From NCBI GenBank assembly GCA_004431415.1, contig QPMI01000184.1, positions 1 through 64,000 of the forward strand: a stretch of DNA of 64,000 nt, written 5' to 3'. The notes beneath the pieces are model-generated. The model saw only the letters and a list, made by a program, of their open reading frames with translations, did no database searches and was not told the DNA's origin. Positions 24,301 to 37,652 of the stretch are shown in pieces (position 1 is the stretch's first letter; the number at the start of each line of letters is the position of its first letter). Origin of the DNA: Cyanophora paradoxa CCMP329. Taxonomy: Eukaryota > Plantae > Glaucophyta. The position numbers and the translations under genes are program-made.

Positions 24301-24708
24301 GATCGTGTGGCAAAGGTGCCGATGCTAGATGCACATCAACTAGTCTTTACCTCATTCGAGGCTATTGCCTGCGTCAGCTGCTGAATCGGACGGTCCACCG
24401 CGACTCCGCAAGCGGCGTCGGTTTGTGCTGGCGGAAAGCAGATGTCCGAGCTCTAGTACTAAGACGCAGATATTGGGCAGCCTCGGGCGAGGCGGAGCCG
24501 ATCGACTTCACGGCACGCGGGGTTTCTGTGGGTGCCTGTACCCGTCTCCGGCCCTCTTCTTGTTCTTGTGTTCAGAAATCAAAATCAACGACTCCGCGAC
24601 CGCGGCCTACTGGCAGGCAGTGGTAGCTATCGCTAGGGCTACACGCAGCCGCGGCCGGCGCCGCAGCCGGCGCTGCACGTGCACTCGCCTACTTGCAATT
24701 GGCTAGGC

Positions 24709-27700
24709 CTAGGCGCCGAGAAGGACGCCCGCCGCGCGCCGTATTGCTGCGGCCAGCCGCAGCTGCTCCGCCGCCGCTCGCGGCCCGTCCTGCGCAGCGC
24801 CGCGTGTGATCGGGGGCCTGCACCCTGTAGCTGAGCGGGCCTCTCATCCGTACCCCAGCGTCCATGGCCTCGGCTAGGGCGGGGAAGACGGCGGACGAGT
24901 ACCCCGCGTACAGGCCGGGGGCGAAGACGAGATGCCGGTACCATCTGGGCGGCCGGGTGAGGCAAGGGAGGGGCCGGGGCGGGACGGGGCGGGGGGTACA
25001 AAGGCGCACGCGACGCCGTGGCGCTCGAGGCCGGCGGGATCGAGCAGCGCCCGCTCGGCCTGCGCGGGGGCGGGGCTCGCGGGCGGGAGGCGCGGCGAGG
25101 GCGGGGCGCGCGTAGAAAGCGTACCCGGACGAGGCGGTCGTTGAGGGAGCGGAGGGCGGCGGCCGGCGCGCCGCCCTCCGCGCGCGCCGCCCCGCGAGGC
25201 GCCGGCGCTCCCCTCGGCCGCCATCCCCGCCGCCGCGAACGCGTCCACCGCGCTGCGCCCCGGGCCCGCCCGTCAGCCCCGCCCCAGCGGAGCGCGAGGC
25301 GGCCGACGCGGGGCGCCTGCGGAGGGGCGTGAGGTCGAGGGCCCGCCCGCCGCCCCGCCCGCCGCCTCCTCCGCCTTCCTCGCCCGCTCCACGACCTGCG
25401 GCGCGCGTCGGCCCGGGGGGGCTCGGCGCGTGGAGGGAGGGCAGGGGCGCGGGCCTGCTCGCGGAGGGCGCGGCCGTACTCGGCGTAGTCGAGGGGCAGC
25501 ACGGCGGCGTCCGCCAGGCGGAGGGCCACCGAGCCCCACACCGCCGCGCACGCTGCCCGCCCCGCTCGGCCCCGAGCGGAGGAGCCAGCGCGGGGGGCGA
25601 GGGCGAGGCGCCAGGGTCGCGGGTGGGGGGGTTAGAGGGGAAGGGCAGAGGACGGCGCACCGGCATGGTACAAGAATCCCGGATCGCCATAATTCTGCCC
25701 GAGGACCGTCGGGGGAGGCAGCGGGAGATAAAACGAGGAGAGATCTCGGGGGTACCGCCATCCAGGCGAACGAATCGTAGATAGAGTGGTAGACGCCGTA
25801 GTCGCCGCTGAACCCGATCTCGAAGGAGGGGACGCCCACGTGCTGCGGGGGGTACACGATCCGCGAGGATGGGGCCCGGACAAGGTAGCGAGCATGGGGG
25901 GTACCTGGTAGAAGGGGGTGAAGTCCGAGCCTGCGCGGAGAAGGAAGCTTTAGAGGGCGGAGGGGGAAGAGACGGGGCGCGGGCACTACGGCGGACCCGA
26001 GCCGAGGAAGTTGTACCCCGGCGTGTCGCGGTTGGGCCCCGTCTCGTTCCGCTCCCGCTGCGAGCGGCTCGGGGCGGGGGGAGAAGGAACTGGACACGGG
26101 GGGTACCGAGCGGGCGAGCCAGGCGGCGTGGAGGGAGGTGCCGAGGGCGCAGGCGGCCGGCGCCGGCCCGCGCCCCGCGGGGCGGTCCCCCCGGCACTCT
26201 GCCACCAGCCGCGGGTCGGGCACCGTCATCGCCGCCTGCGAGGGGCACCCCATTCGACAGGGCGGGCGCCGGAGAGGGGTACGGGCCGCTCGCCTCCCGG
26301 ACGACGCCGAAGAGAGGGGGGGTCGTGTCCGCGAAGAAGTGCGGGCCCGTGGTGCTCGTGTCGACGTTCAGGTACGCCACCTGGGGGGTATATATCGATT
26401 TCCGGGGGTACGTTAAGAACGTGAGTTGCGCGGCGCACAGCACTCTCCTCGAGCCAAGCGCGGTTGTCTACGGGGAGCGTTCGTTTCGAGAGGGATGAGT
26501 GGCGAGAGCGAAACGAAAAACGATTCGCGGACCCTCCACCCACTCCGTGGACCCGACGAGGGCGTACTCCTCCGCGTCCCAGCTGGGGGCATGGCTCGGC
26601 GAGATCGGGCGGGGCCGGCGGACGAGGGGTACAGCGCACCTCGCGAGCACGACTGTGCGGCGGGGCCGCCAGCCCGCCGAGAGCAGGACGCCGAATCCCC
26701 TGCCGGGCGCTCGGGGGTTGCGGAGGGAAATGGGATGCCGGGGAGGGGGTACCGTGCGAGCTCGAGCATGGAGGCGGTACCCGAGTTGGGGTCAGCCGCC
26801 CCGAAGACCCCTGCACAACGGGGGGAGGGGAGGAGGTGAGCGGGGGAGGGCTGATGCGAGGCGCGGCGGGCGGGGCACAGGCGTCGCGGTGGTTGCCGAG
26901 GATGACGGCCCGGTCGGGCTCCTCCTGCGGCGCGCCCCCGCCTCAGGAGACGGGCCGGCGGGGCTTTGGGGAGCGGGGCGCGCCTTGCCCGGCAGCTTGG
27001 CGATCACGTTCCAGATCGGCTGCCGCTCCTCGCAGCGCGGGAAGACCTGAGGGAGGCCGCTCCCGCTCGCGGGCGGGGCGGGGCGTGGAGGGCGGGGGGG
27101 CCGGGCGGGGCGAGGGGCGCCTGCATGCGGACGCGCGCGGGCCCCGGGCCGAGGCGGTACTCCAGGGGGAGCCCGCCCTGCCACCTGGCGCCCAGCGAGG
27201 CCGCCGGCGCCCCGCCCAGCGCCGCCAGCAGCGGCCGCGCATCGTCCGCCGAGAGCGGCTGCGGGGGGCCGCGTCAGATGGGGGTTCTACGGGATCGGAG
27301 GAGAAGCGGCGGCTCGGGCCTGCACGGGGATCTTCGGGAGGTTCTTGGCCTCGGAGCGGGCGAGGCGCGGCGCGTTCTGTCCGCCGGGAAGCGGCGCCCG
27401 TGAGCGAGGAGGGTCCCGGCGCAGGCGCCAGCAGGGAGCGCACCGCGGTCGAGGCGTATCCGGGGGTCAGCGGGTCGCCTGCACGCCTCGGGTGAGCCGG
27501 AGCGTGGGGGGGGGCCGGGGGGAGGGGTCGGCACCGGGGTAGACGGATATGTACTGGACGCTCCCGCGCTGAACGGAGGAGTTGGAGCGCCACGGGCCCT
27601 CCGGGAAGACCGGCCCCCGCCCGTACCTGCGCCCCGCGGCTCACGGCGCCGAAGGAGGCCGCGGGCCAGGCGGGGGCCGGCGCGCCCGTCGTCGGCGGGG

Positions 27701-29302
27701 TCGGAGTAGATGAGCACGCCGGCCGCCCCGCGCTCCTCGGCCAGCATCACTGCCCCCGCCCCGCCCCGCTCGCCCCGCCGGGCGCGAGCCAAGGGAGGGC
27801 GGGGGGCGGACCCTTGAGGCCGCGGAAGTTGCGGCCGTAGCGGACGAGGACGAGCCTGCCCTCGACGGAGACGCCGGCGGCCGCCAGCGCGTCGAAGTCC
27901 TCCGGCAGCCCGTGGTTCGCGTACACCTGCCCCCGCCCTCGCTCCTCGCTCCCCGGCCCGCGGGGACGCACGCGGGCAGGGGGCCAGGGGACCGGGGGGG
28001 CGCGCACGAGGTCCGCGGTCACGTCGCCGGACCCCGAGTAGGCTGCGGGGGGCGCGGGGCTCGCGCGGGTGGGGGGGTGGGGGGGGGGGGGGGGGGGGGT
28101 GCGAGGGCGGGGGGAGTACCGCACCGTTGAAGGTCGCGTACGGCGATCCGGCCTTCCTCAGCGCCTCCTGGCCCGAGGTCTTGTCGAACTGCGGGTACGG
28201 CGTTCGACGAGCCGACGGGGAGCTCGCGAGGGGAGGGTGAGAGTTGGGCACCGGGAGGGCGGGCTCCTCCAGCTTCAGCGACGCGTATGTGGGGGCGAGC
28301 AGCTCGACGCTCCTGGGCACGGGGTCGGACGGGGCTCCGAGGGGGGTAGACGAGGCGCGTGCACCTCTTATCGGGGTAGCATAGCATGACCTGGGGCGGG
28401 AGTATATCAGGCAGGGGTGCGGGAGCGGTCCGATCCGACTGGGAGGAGGGTACGGGCTGGCCTGGTACTCGACGATGTCGACGGTGGCCCCCGGGTGGGG
28501 GGAGAGGTACGCGCGCAGCTTGTCGCGCGTGTACACGGCCGTGTCGTAGTCCTCCTTGGAGCCGGCGATGTGCGGGACGCCCTGCGCACCCCTCCGACCC
28601 GTGAGCCCCGGGGGGGTACCCCGGGCGGGAAGGCGGACCGTGTAGTACTTGAGGTGCTCCTCGCAGCGCCGGGGGTCGGGCATGGACACGAACTCGGCGT
28701 GGAACGAGGACTGGTCCCTGTACGGGGCAGCAGGCCCCGCCGCCCCCGGCGCGGCGCCTGGGGGAGCCTCAGCGAAGCGAGAGGGGGCGGGGTCGGGGCC
28801 GGGCTGCACCGGGGAGCGCGGGGTCTTTGGGGAGGGGCCGGAGGTTGACTTTAGGCGAGAAGATCATGGTGAGCACGAGGATGAAGAGCACGGCGCCCAG
28901 CTGCGAGCTCGAGCGGCTCAGAGCGCCGGGCGGGGCGGGGGGCGGCGCAACGGACCCCGAAGAGGGCGCCCGCCCACTGGCGGGACCCGCAGCGCGACGT
29001 CTGCGCGGCCAGCGGCGGCGGCGGCGGCGTCAGAGGAGCGCGCGGGGCGTCGGACGGGCGGCGGCACCTCGAAGTACGACCAGTGCGTGGCGGCGCGGCG
29101 CTGGATCAGCTCCAGCTCGTCCTCCTGCGCCCAGGGCGTCGCGGCGGTGCGAGGAGAAGCGCGGCACGCTTCGCACCTCGTCCAGGGCACCGAAGGCGCC
29201 CGCTGGGGTCGCCGGCAGCCGCGGGGCGAGCTCGATGTCGTCGACCGGGGCGCCGCGGCCGCCGCCAAGCGCCCGGCCGCCGCCGCCCGGAGCGCTCGCC
29301 AT
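24709..29302 (-). CDS. Glutamate carboxypeptidase II / AMP1-like M28B peptidase with PA and TfR-dimer domains
   Basis: TM anchor, then [96 protein letters not shown] and WYRHLVFAP. Confidence 0.93.
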
Positions 29303-29539
29303 TGTGAGCCGCGTACCACCGCTCAATCGATGCCGTGCGGCTGCGGAACCTGCCGCCCGTCTGGCAGCCGCGTCGTGCCCCTTGCGAAGCGCGCGAACCG
29401 TGCCTCGGGCCTGCACGTCGCCGACCAGCCCTTCGGTGCGACTAGACTGGCTGGGGCGCCGTCTGAACTGAGATGCTTTCGCTGCTCAGCGGCCGCTGCT
29501 GTGCCGGGGTATGCTGAGATTTGCGAGCCGAGGCCAGGG

Positions 29540-31888
29540 ATGTTCCCGTGGCGCTGGTTGGTGGCCGCGACGGCGTTCAAGGCGCTTCTCGTGCCCGCAT
29601 AGTACGTGCCGGCGCGCCGCGTCACCTGCAGCGTCCGACCTCCCGCGCAGCCGTAGCACCGACTTCGAGGTGCACAGAAACTGGCTGGCGATCACGCACT
29701 CGCTGCCGCTGTCTCGCTGGTACTACGACGTGCGCGCGCGAGCCCCTACAACCCCACGCCTCCCGGATCAAATGCGGGCGCAGGAGACGTCGCCCTGGAC
29801 ACTCGACTACCCGCCCTTCTTCGCGTGGTTCGAATGGGTCCTCTCCTTCCCGGCCGCGCTCGTCGGTGCGTCTTCGCATCCCGGCGCCGGGAGCGCCGAA
29901 CGCGAAGCGCCGGCCCGCAGACGCGAGGATGGTGGACGTGAAGGCGCTGGACTACGCGAGCCCCGCGACGGTTTATTTCCAGCGCTTCTCCGTCATCCTC
30001 ACCGAGCTGCTGCTCGTGTACGCCGCCTATCGGTGCGCCCGCCGCCCCCGCCCCGCCCCGCCCCGCCCCGCCCCGCCCCGCCCCGCCCCGCGAGCGGCCG
30101 ACCGTCGGCAGCTTCCTGCGCGCCTCTGAACGCTCGCTGCGGTGGCCGCCGGCGCCGCCGGGACCGCCGCCGGACGGCGACAGCGACGCGGGCCCCGTCC
30201 CCTGGCCCTTCTCCTCCCTGCGGCCCGCTGCGCTCGCCCTCCTCCTCCTCCTCTTCTCCCCCGGCCTCCTCTTCGTCGACCGTGCGTGCTCGTACCCCCG
30301 CTGATCAGCGTACCCCCTCCCGGCCCGACCCGGGGCCCCAGACATCCACTTTCAATACAACGGATTCCTCTTCGGCCTCCTCGTCCTCTCCCTCCTCCTC
30401 CTCCACAGGGTCCGCGCACGCACGTACCCCCCCCAGTCGCCCCCCCCATGCTGTGCAGGGGCACCACGTCGCGGGCGGGGCGGCCTTCGCGGCGCTGCTG
30501 AACTTCAAGCACATCTTCGCCTACGTCGCCCCCGCCGTCTTCTTCTACCTGCTGCGCGCCCACTGCACGGCGCCCCGCCGCGGGCCCGGCGGCGACCTCC
30601 TCTCCCTCCGCTACGGCCGCCTCGCCGCCCTCGGGACCACCGTGCTCGCCGTCTTCGCCCTCTCCCTTGGGCCCTTCGCGGCGCGCCGGCAGCTCGGGCA
30701 GCTCGCCGCCCGCCTCTTTCCCCTCCGCCGCGGCCTCATGCACGCCTACTGGGCCCCCAACTTCTGGGCCCTCTACGCCGCCGCCGACAAGGCCCTCTCC
30801 GCAGGTGCCGCACCCCCGCCCCGCACGTGACGTCACGCCCGGACCGTGACGTCCCGCACGCCCCTGGCCGCAGCCTCCCGCGCGGTGGGGTACCGCGCCG
30901 GCTCGGATCTCCCCGTGGGGGCCCTCACGGGGGGCCTCGTCGGCGAGGCCGCCAATTTCGGTACCCTCCCTTCCGTCACGCCCCTCGCCTCCGCAGCCCT
31001 CCTCCTCCTCTTCTCCGCCGTGCGCCCCGATCCCTGTACCCCCGTTTCCACGGGCACTGCTGGAACAAAACGCGTACCCCGCAGCCCCTCTGGAAGCTCG
31101 TCTTTGCGCGTGCGCGGCCGGAGATCCTGGCCCCCGCCGTGGCCCACAGGCGAGCCTTCGCCTGACGGCCTCTGCAATCCGGCCCGCCCGCCGACGGCGT
31201 ACCCCATCGCAGCGCGCTGGTCTTCTTCCTCTTCGGGTGGCACGTGCACGAGAAGGCGATCCTCATCGCCACCGTGCCCCTCGGGCCCGCCCCGCCCCGC
31301 GCTCGTACCCCCCGGGCCGCCCGTGCTGACGCGTACCCCCCGCAGCCTGGTGGCGCTCCGGAGCCCCGAGGAGGCGCGCCTCTTCACCTTCCTCTCGGCC
31401 GTCGGCCACTACTCCCTCTTCCCTCTCCTCTACCGCCCCACCGGTAACCCTTCCCGCCCGCCCCCACCCTAAGCTTCCTCGGTACCCCTCACGCGCGGCT
31501 GGCAGAGTACCCCCTGAAGCTCGTTATCTACATCGTGTACACCGCCTGCACGTACTGGGTTTTGCGGGCCCCTCCCTCCGACCCCTCCCCCGCCCGGTCC
31601 GCCTTCTGTGTACCCCCTCCCCTTCCGCCCCCCTCACCCGGCGGCAGGGTCTCGCGCGCGGAGGCGCTGTACCTGGTGGGGATGGCGTGCGTGGAGGGGT
31701 ACGCGGTGGTGGGGCACGGGGCGCTCTTCGGGGCGGCGCGGCTGCCCTTCCTGCCCCTCATGCTCACCTCCGTCTACTGCGCCGCCGGCGTCGCCGCCGC
31801 CGCGCTCCTCTCCTGGCGCAACCTCCTCCGCCTCGCCCGCCGCCTCGCCCCCGAGGAGGAGGCCGAGGGCAAGGCCAAGGCCCTCTGA
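29540..31888 (+). CDS. ALG8: Dolichyl-P-Glc alpha-1,3-glucosyltransferase ALG8
   Basis: YRSTDFEVHRNWLAITHSLP, WTLDYPPFFAWFEW, HFQYNG, LLNFKHIF, RGLMHAYWAPNFWALY and FGWHVHEKAIL, with a C-terminal KxKxx ER-retrieval motif (KAKAL*). Confidence 0.96.
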
Positions 31889-31965
31889 TCGAATGCAAGT
31901 GCAAGGCCCTCTGATCGAATGCAAGTGCACGCGGAAGAGCACGGGCGGGGGAGAGGCTCCTGCGG

Positions 31966-34047
31966 CTACGCGGCGGCCTCGGCGGGGGCGGCCTCGGGGA
32001 TGGTGCCGAGGGCACGGAAGGGGAAAAGAGACGGGTGCCCGTCGCTCCTGCGCCCCCGCCCCCGCCAGGGCGCGTCGACATGCAGCCCCGCGGCCCTCCG
32101 ACGTCGAGGTGTGGCTGGAGCGCACCATGCGATGGAGACGGCGTAGTTGCCGACGGGGCTGATCGACACCGGCTTGATCGTCTCGGGGACCTGCGGGGAG
32201 TCAGGAGGAGGCGGGGGGCAGGGGGGTACGGCGCCGGGGCGCGCCGACTCGGGCTGGAGGATCTGGGCCCCCGTGAACTCGTCCACGCACGCCGCGCACC
32301 GGCACTTCCGCCGCACCTGCGGGGGTTCAGGTTAGGAGGGGAAGGGGAAGAGGGAGGGGGTACGGGGGCACGGTAGCGGGGTTGAGGCGGCGGACGCGGC
32401 CAAGGTTCTCCCCCCGCGTGGGGTACTTGAGCTCGATGAGGTTCGCGGCCTGCGCGCCCCTCGGCGTCGTACCCCCCCATGAGATGGCGGCGGGGGTACG
32501 GGACCTTGTCGAACTCGACGGCGGGGCGGTCGAGGTCGCCGCCGAACTTGAGCTTGCTGATCTCCTGCGGGGGGTGCCGGCCGCCTCAGGGGCCGCCCGG
32601 AGTCGGGGGCGGGGCGGGGCGGGCCTGGACGACGGCGGAGGCGAGGGACTTGTAGGCGTCGAGGGTCGCCGGGTCCGCCCCCTCCATGATCGTGTACGGG
32701 ATCCCCTTGTCGCTCGCGTCCGACACCGACGTCTGCCCACGCCCCGCCGGGCAGACGTCAAGCCCCGTGGCGCGGGTGCCGGCGCCGGCGGGGCGGGGCG
32801 GGGCGGGCCTGGATGGGGAGGTCGAAGGAGTTCTCGAAGCCGAACTGCTGGACGAGCTTCTCCTTGGAGCCCTTCCCGAACGGGAAGTGCGGCGTGCTGC
32901 CGAGCCGCCGGGCCGCGTCAGACCGGGCTGGGGGGGACCGGCAGGAGGAGGGGCCCGGCGCGCCTGCAGCTCTCGCAGAGGAAGTAGGCCATGTTCTCGA
33001 CCACCGCCACGCTCGGCACGCTCACCTGCCCCCGCGTCAGAGCCCGGCGGCAGGGGCGGGGCGGGCGGGGGGCCGGGGGGGCGGGGGGGGCGGGGCGGGC
33101 CTTGTCGAACATCTGGATGCCCTTGACGACGTCGACGAAGGAGAGCTTCTGCGGCGTCGTCACGATCACCGCCGCCGTGATGTTCACCTGCCCCGAGGGC
33201 GTGAGGCGGGGTGGGCGGGGGCGGAGGGGCGAGGGCGGGGACCAGCTGGCAGAGGGTGAGCTGGATGTCCCCCGTGCCGGGCGGCATGTCGACCACCAGG
33301 TAGTCCAGCTCGCCCCAGTCCGTCGTCGTCAGCAGCTGCCCCGCCCGTGAGCGTCGCCCTGACGAGGGGAGGCGCGGCGGGCGGGCGGGGGCCCGCCTGG
33401 TTCAACACGTTCGAGACGATGGGCCCGCGCATGACGGCGGCCTGCCCGCCCTTCTGCACGAACCCGAAGCTCATGAGCTTCACGCCCTGCGCCCCGCGCC
33501 CACGCCCCGGCTCCGTCAGCGTGTGGAAGGGCCGAGAGAGGCGGGGGCGGCGGCCTGGGCGGACCTCGTACTCGAGGGGCACGATGAGGTTCTCGGGGCT
33601 GTAGGAGACGACGGTGGAGGCCGGGGAGACCATCACGGGCAGCGACGGCCCGTAGATGTCCGCGTCCATGATCCCCACCTGCCCCGCCCCGCCGCCCGCC
33701 CCGCTCGGCCGCCCCGCCGCGGCCGCCCTGCGCGCACGGCGGGCGCACGCGGGCGCCCATCTTGGCGAGGGTGTAGGCGAGGTTGACGGCGACGGTGGAC
33801 TTGCCGACGCCGCCCTTGCAGCTCGACACCGCGATGATGTTCGCCACCTGCGTGTGCGCCGCGCGGCTGAGCAGGGGCGGGGGGGATTCGAGTGGCTCGC
33901 GAGGGGCGGGCGGGGCGCCTGCTTGAGGCCCTTGGCCTCGGTGGAGAAGGCCGGGTTCGAGCTCGCCGAGAGCGTCGCCTCGCACTCCTTCACCCACGGC
34001 AGCTCCTTCACGAATTTCTGCCCCGCCGCGCCCCTGCTCAGGGGGCC

Positions 34048-34084
<37 letters not shown>

Positions 34085-34886
34085 CGGGGGGCAGGCGGGG
34101 GCTGGAGTGCGGGGGGACCTCGGCGTCGGCCTTGAATAGGTCCTTGATGGGGCACGCGGGGGTCGTCAGCTCCAGCGTGAACGTCACCTGCGCCCCGCCT
34201 CGCATCCCGCGGGGGTGCCCCGGCGAGCGCGCCGCCCGGGGCGGACCCTGCCGGCGGCCTCGTCGATCTTGAGCTCCTTCACGAAGCCGGCCGACACGAT
34301 GTCTGCCGGCGCGGAGGGCGTCGGTTGGGGGAGCGCTCGAGGGCGGCGCGCGGCTGTCGCCAGCAACCAGCCCCGAGGCGGGCCAGGCGTCGCTTTCCGG
34401 CCGTGGCCTACGCACCCGTGCGGAGATCGGGATCGATGATGTTCTTAAGCTGCGCGAGAATCTCCTCCTCCTTCGCTGCGGTCGCGCTGGCGAGGACGGG
34501 CGACACCGCCGGCGGGCATGCCGGGGCGCCGCAGCCGAGGGAACGCCGTGCAGCGCGCTTCAGCTGAGCGCCGCTGGACGCAATGTAGTGCGTGGAGCCC
34601 TCGAACGATGCGGGCCGGCGGAAGCCGCTGTCGGTGGCAAGGTCGAAGCTGCGCCCCGGGTAAGCAGGCACCGCCGGGCGCTACTGCGAGGGCAGACATG
34701 CGTACCGCCTCGCCTGCACGCTACGGGTGGGCCTCGAGCGCGCCCCCGCGAACGCTGCGGGGTGCGCGCGTTAGCTAGGATCGCCGAGCCGGGTCTGCGA
34801 GGGCACGCACTGGAGCAGCTGGCAGTGCATGCGGCGTTCAAGCTGGAGGCAGCGGAGGCCGGCAGGACCGCCGGGCTGGCGAACAT
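31966..34886 (-). CDS. HCF101: Plastid Fe-S scaffold HCF101 (DUF59 + Mrp/NBP35 ATPase + DUF971)
   Basis: [80 protein letters not shown] and [14 protein letters not shown]. Ser/Ala-rich presequence beginning MFAS (start tentative). Confidence 0.93.
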
Positions 34887-35038
34887 GATTTCACTGGGGT
34901 ACGTGTGACTCGAGATTCCGCTCAAGTTGAGCTTGGCCCTCGCTTGGGGCCAGCTCCGATCGCTGCGCAGGGGACAATAGATCGCTAGCAGATCACCAGG
35001 CAAGGGCCGTCGCGCGCGCTCGAATCGTCGGGTGTTCC

Positions 35039-36939
35039 ATGGCGTTCTCGGGGGCTCCAGCCGCCGTCCTGGCGCAGCAGAGCAGCCTCCGACCCGCGGC
35101 AGCTCCGAGAGCTTCCACGTGTGCCCGCGCGCCGAACCTTCATCCGCCGAGTCGGCGGCCCAGCCGACGGCCGCAGCGAGGGGGGCAGGGTAGCTTTCTT
35201 TTGTCGCGTACGTCGTTTCTGAGGCCAGTGCTGGTGCGCGAAGCGACCCCCAGCGACCCTAGCATATCTGCTAGCCGTGACGTGTCGTGCCGGTCCCGCG
35301 CCAACGCGCCTGAACCGCCTGCCTTGTCCCCTGCCAACGACTGCGCATCTAGAGCTGAGGAGTCCGTCGTTTTCTCCCGCGCGCAGCCCCCGGTGGCGCT
35401 CGGCAGCGACCGGCAGCTCCGCGCGGGAACGGGCCGGCCCGGGCCGGGGGGCGAGGCGGGGCGGATCGTGGGGCCGACGGCGGCGGAGCTCGAGCCGCCG
35501 CGGGGGGAGGGGGACCCCGAGCGGGCCGTGCTGCCCCTCTTCCCCCTCTCCTCCCGGGTCGTCCTGCCCCTCGAGGAGCAGCGCCTGCCCCTCCACATCT
35601 TCGAGCCCAGGCGCCCGCCGCCACACCGCACCCGAGCCCACCCGACGCTGAGGCCCCGGGGCCGGGCAGGTACCGGCTGATGTTCGGGGAGCTGCTGGGG
35701 GAGCCGGGGCCGCGGGAGGAGCCGGAGCGCTCGCTGGACTCGCTCAGCGAGCTGCCGGAGCGCATCGCCGAGGCCCGGGAGCGCGCCCGCGCCCGCGCCG
35801 AGCGCGAGGCGAGCGAGGAGCTCGCCTGGATGGACTTCGACGAGGCCGGCGCGGAGGCCGGCGCGGCGGCGGAGGCGGCGGGCGCCCCGCTGGACGAGGG
35901 CCCCGGCCCCGCCTTCGGATGCATATGGCGCGCCCCGCCCGCCCCCGCCCCAGAGCCCGCGGCCCCGCCGTCCGCTCACGCGGCGGCGGCGGCGGCGCAG
36001 GCACGACACGGCGAACCAGCGGATGTGCCGCGTGGGCACCAGCTGCGAGATCACGCGGCACCGCCGCACCCCGGACGGGTGGGTGCCCCTCAAGCCCTGC
36101 TCGAAGGCCAAACTTCGGGTACCCCGTGCCTTTCCTGAGTCCTGTACCCCTCGCCAGGCGCCTCCTGCTCGACAGCGCCCCGCGGCGGCGCTTCCGCGTC
36201 ACACGCGTCCTCCAGGAGCTCCCGTTCATCAAGGTACCCCCCTTTACCCACTACATGTACCCCCGGGAGCGAGCCGTGGTATGCGCAGGCGGAGGTTGAG
36301 TGGCTGGAGGACCGCGAGCCGGAATCAGTCGCCGAGTCCCTCGCGATCGCTGCCAAGGAGCGCGAGGCGCGTCCGCCGTATCCCCCTCCGGGCTCCGTCC
36401 CCCCCTGATCGCCGCGGGGTACAGGCGCTGGAGGCGATGCGGGACATCGTGGAGATCAGCCGGCGGCTGTACGACTGCGGGGAGGGCGGGGGCGGCGGGG
36501 ACGACGACTGCGAGCTGCAGGAGGACCTCGTCGACGGGTACATGACCCTCGACGTCGCCAAGTGGGCCCCCGGCTCCGCCTGGGCCGAGGTGCGCCATCG
36601 CGAGCGCGGGCCTCCTGGGCGCCCCGGCCGGGCCGCGGTTCGAGGCGGGGCGCAGCTGCGGGGGATGCGGGGGGTGCGGCGCCACGAGGCGCTCTCCTTC
36701 GCCCTCTGCGGCCTCCTCGAGCTCCCCCTCGACGAGCAGCAGGCGATGCTGCAGATCGCGGACGTCGGCAGGCGCCTGGGCTTCATCGAGGTCCGCGCGC
36801 CCCCGCGCCCTCTCGGGGGGAGCTCGAGCTCGAGGGGCGCCCGACGCGCCCCGCCCCGCCGTCCCGCGCGCAGCGGCACATGAGCGAGGCGCGGGCCTTC
36901 CTCGCCGCCAAGCTCTCCATCAAGGGCGCCCTCGGCTGA
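35039..36939 (+). CDS. Lon protease N-terminal (substrate-binding) domain protein, probably plastid-targeted
   Basis: MAFS... presequence, then LPLFPL..VVLP...LPLHIFEPR/YRLM, CRVGTSCEI, RRRFRVTRV, EALSFALC and LDEQQAMLQ. Confidence 0.85.
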
Positions 36940-37250
36940 GGCCTAGGCCGCAGCGCACAGCGCTCCGCGTGAGCCACTCGTACCCTCCGTCTCCAACGCG
37001 CGCGCCCTTTGCGCATGCTGTAAATACTAGTATCTAGTATGGTATAGGTAGCGTCATGATAGTTTAAAAGTTTTTTTAGCTTTTCTTGCAAATTCGGCAG
37101 TGCCTATCTTGCACTTGTCGCCGACTCGGCGAGAGTCGTGAAATCGGTTTTAATTTCGAATTCGATGACCACTGGGCCAATGTGTAAATGTTGCAGTAAT
37201 TATAATATCAATAGGACTCGGGGGATCATTTGCAATACAATAACCGGCCC

Positions 37251-37356
37251 CCGCGGCTCACTGAGTCATGATCAGATCGCGAGGCTCGATTGATATCGAT
37301 ATCACCAGATCATGATCAGCACTCTAGATCATCGAATCTGACTCAGTGAGCCTCGG
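37251..37356. repeat. 18-bp inverted repeat pair (1 mismatch) around a palindrome-rich 70-bp core
   Basis: ccgcggctcactgagtca (37251-37268) and tgactcagtgagcctcgg (37339-37356). Confidence 0.7.
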
Positions 37357-37652
37357 AGCTCGCCGAGTCGATCGGATATCATAGTATCGCGAATATCGAG
37401 GTCGGGGGGATCCCTTGGCCGGGGCCCGCGAATAGCTTTGCCGAAGTTTGGTAAGCAGCCGATATCGATCGCGATAATTTATTTCGCGTTCGGTACCGTA
37501 GTACCGTAGTAGTACTTATCAGAAAAAGTGCTTACTTCGCCCCAGGTACCCTTCATGATCATAAACACCGCGCACTGTGAAACACGGCTGTGCGCCACGC
37601 CGTCGCAAATTAAAACAGATCCTGATGTATCATGTACCGTAGTATCGTATTT

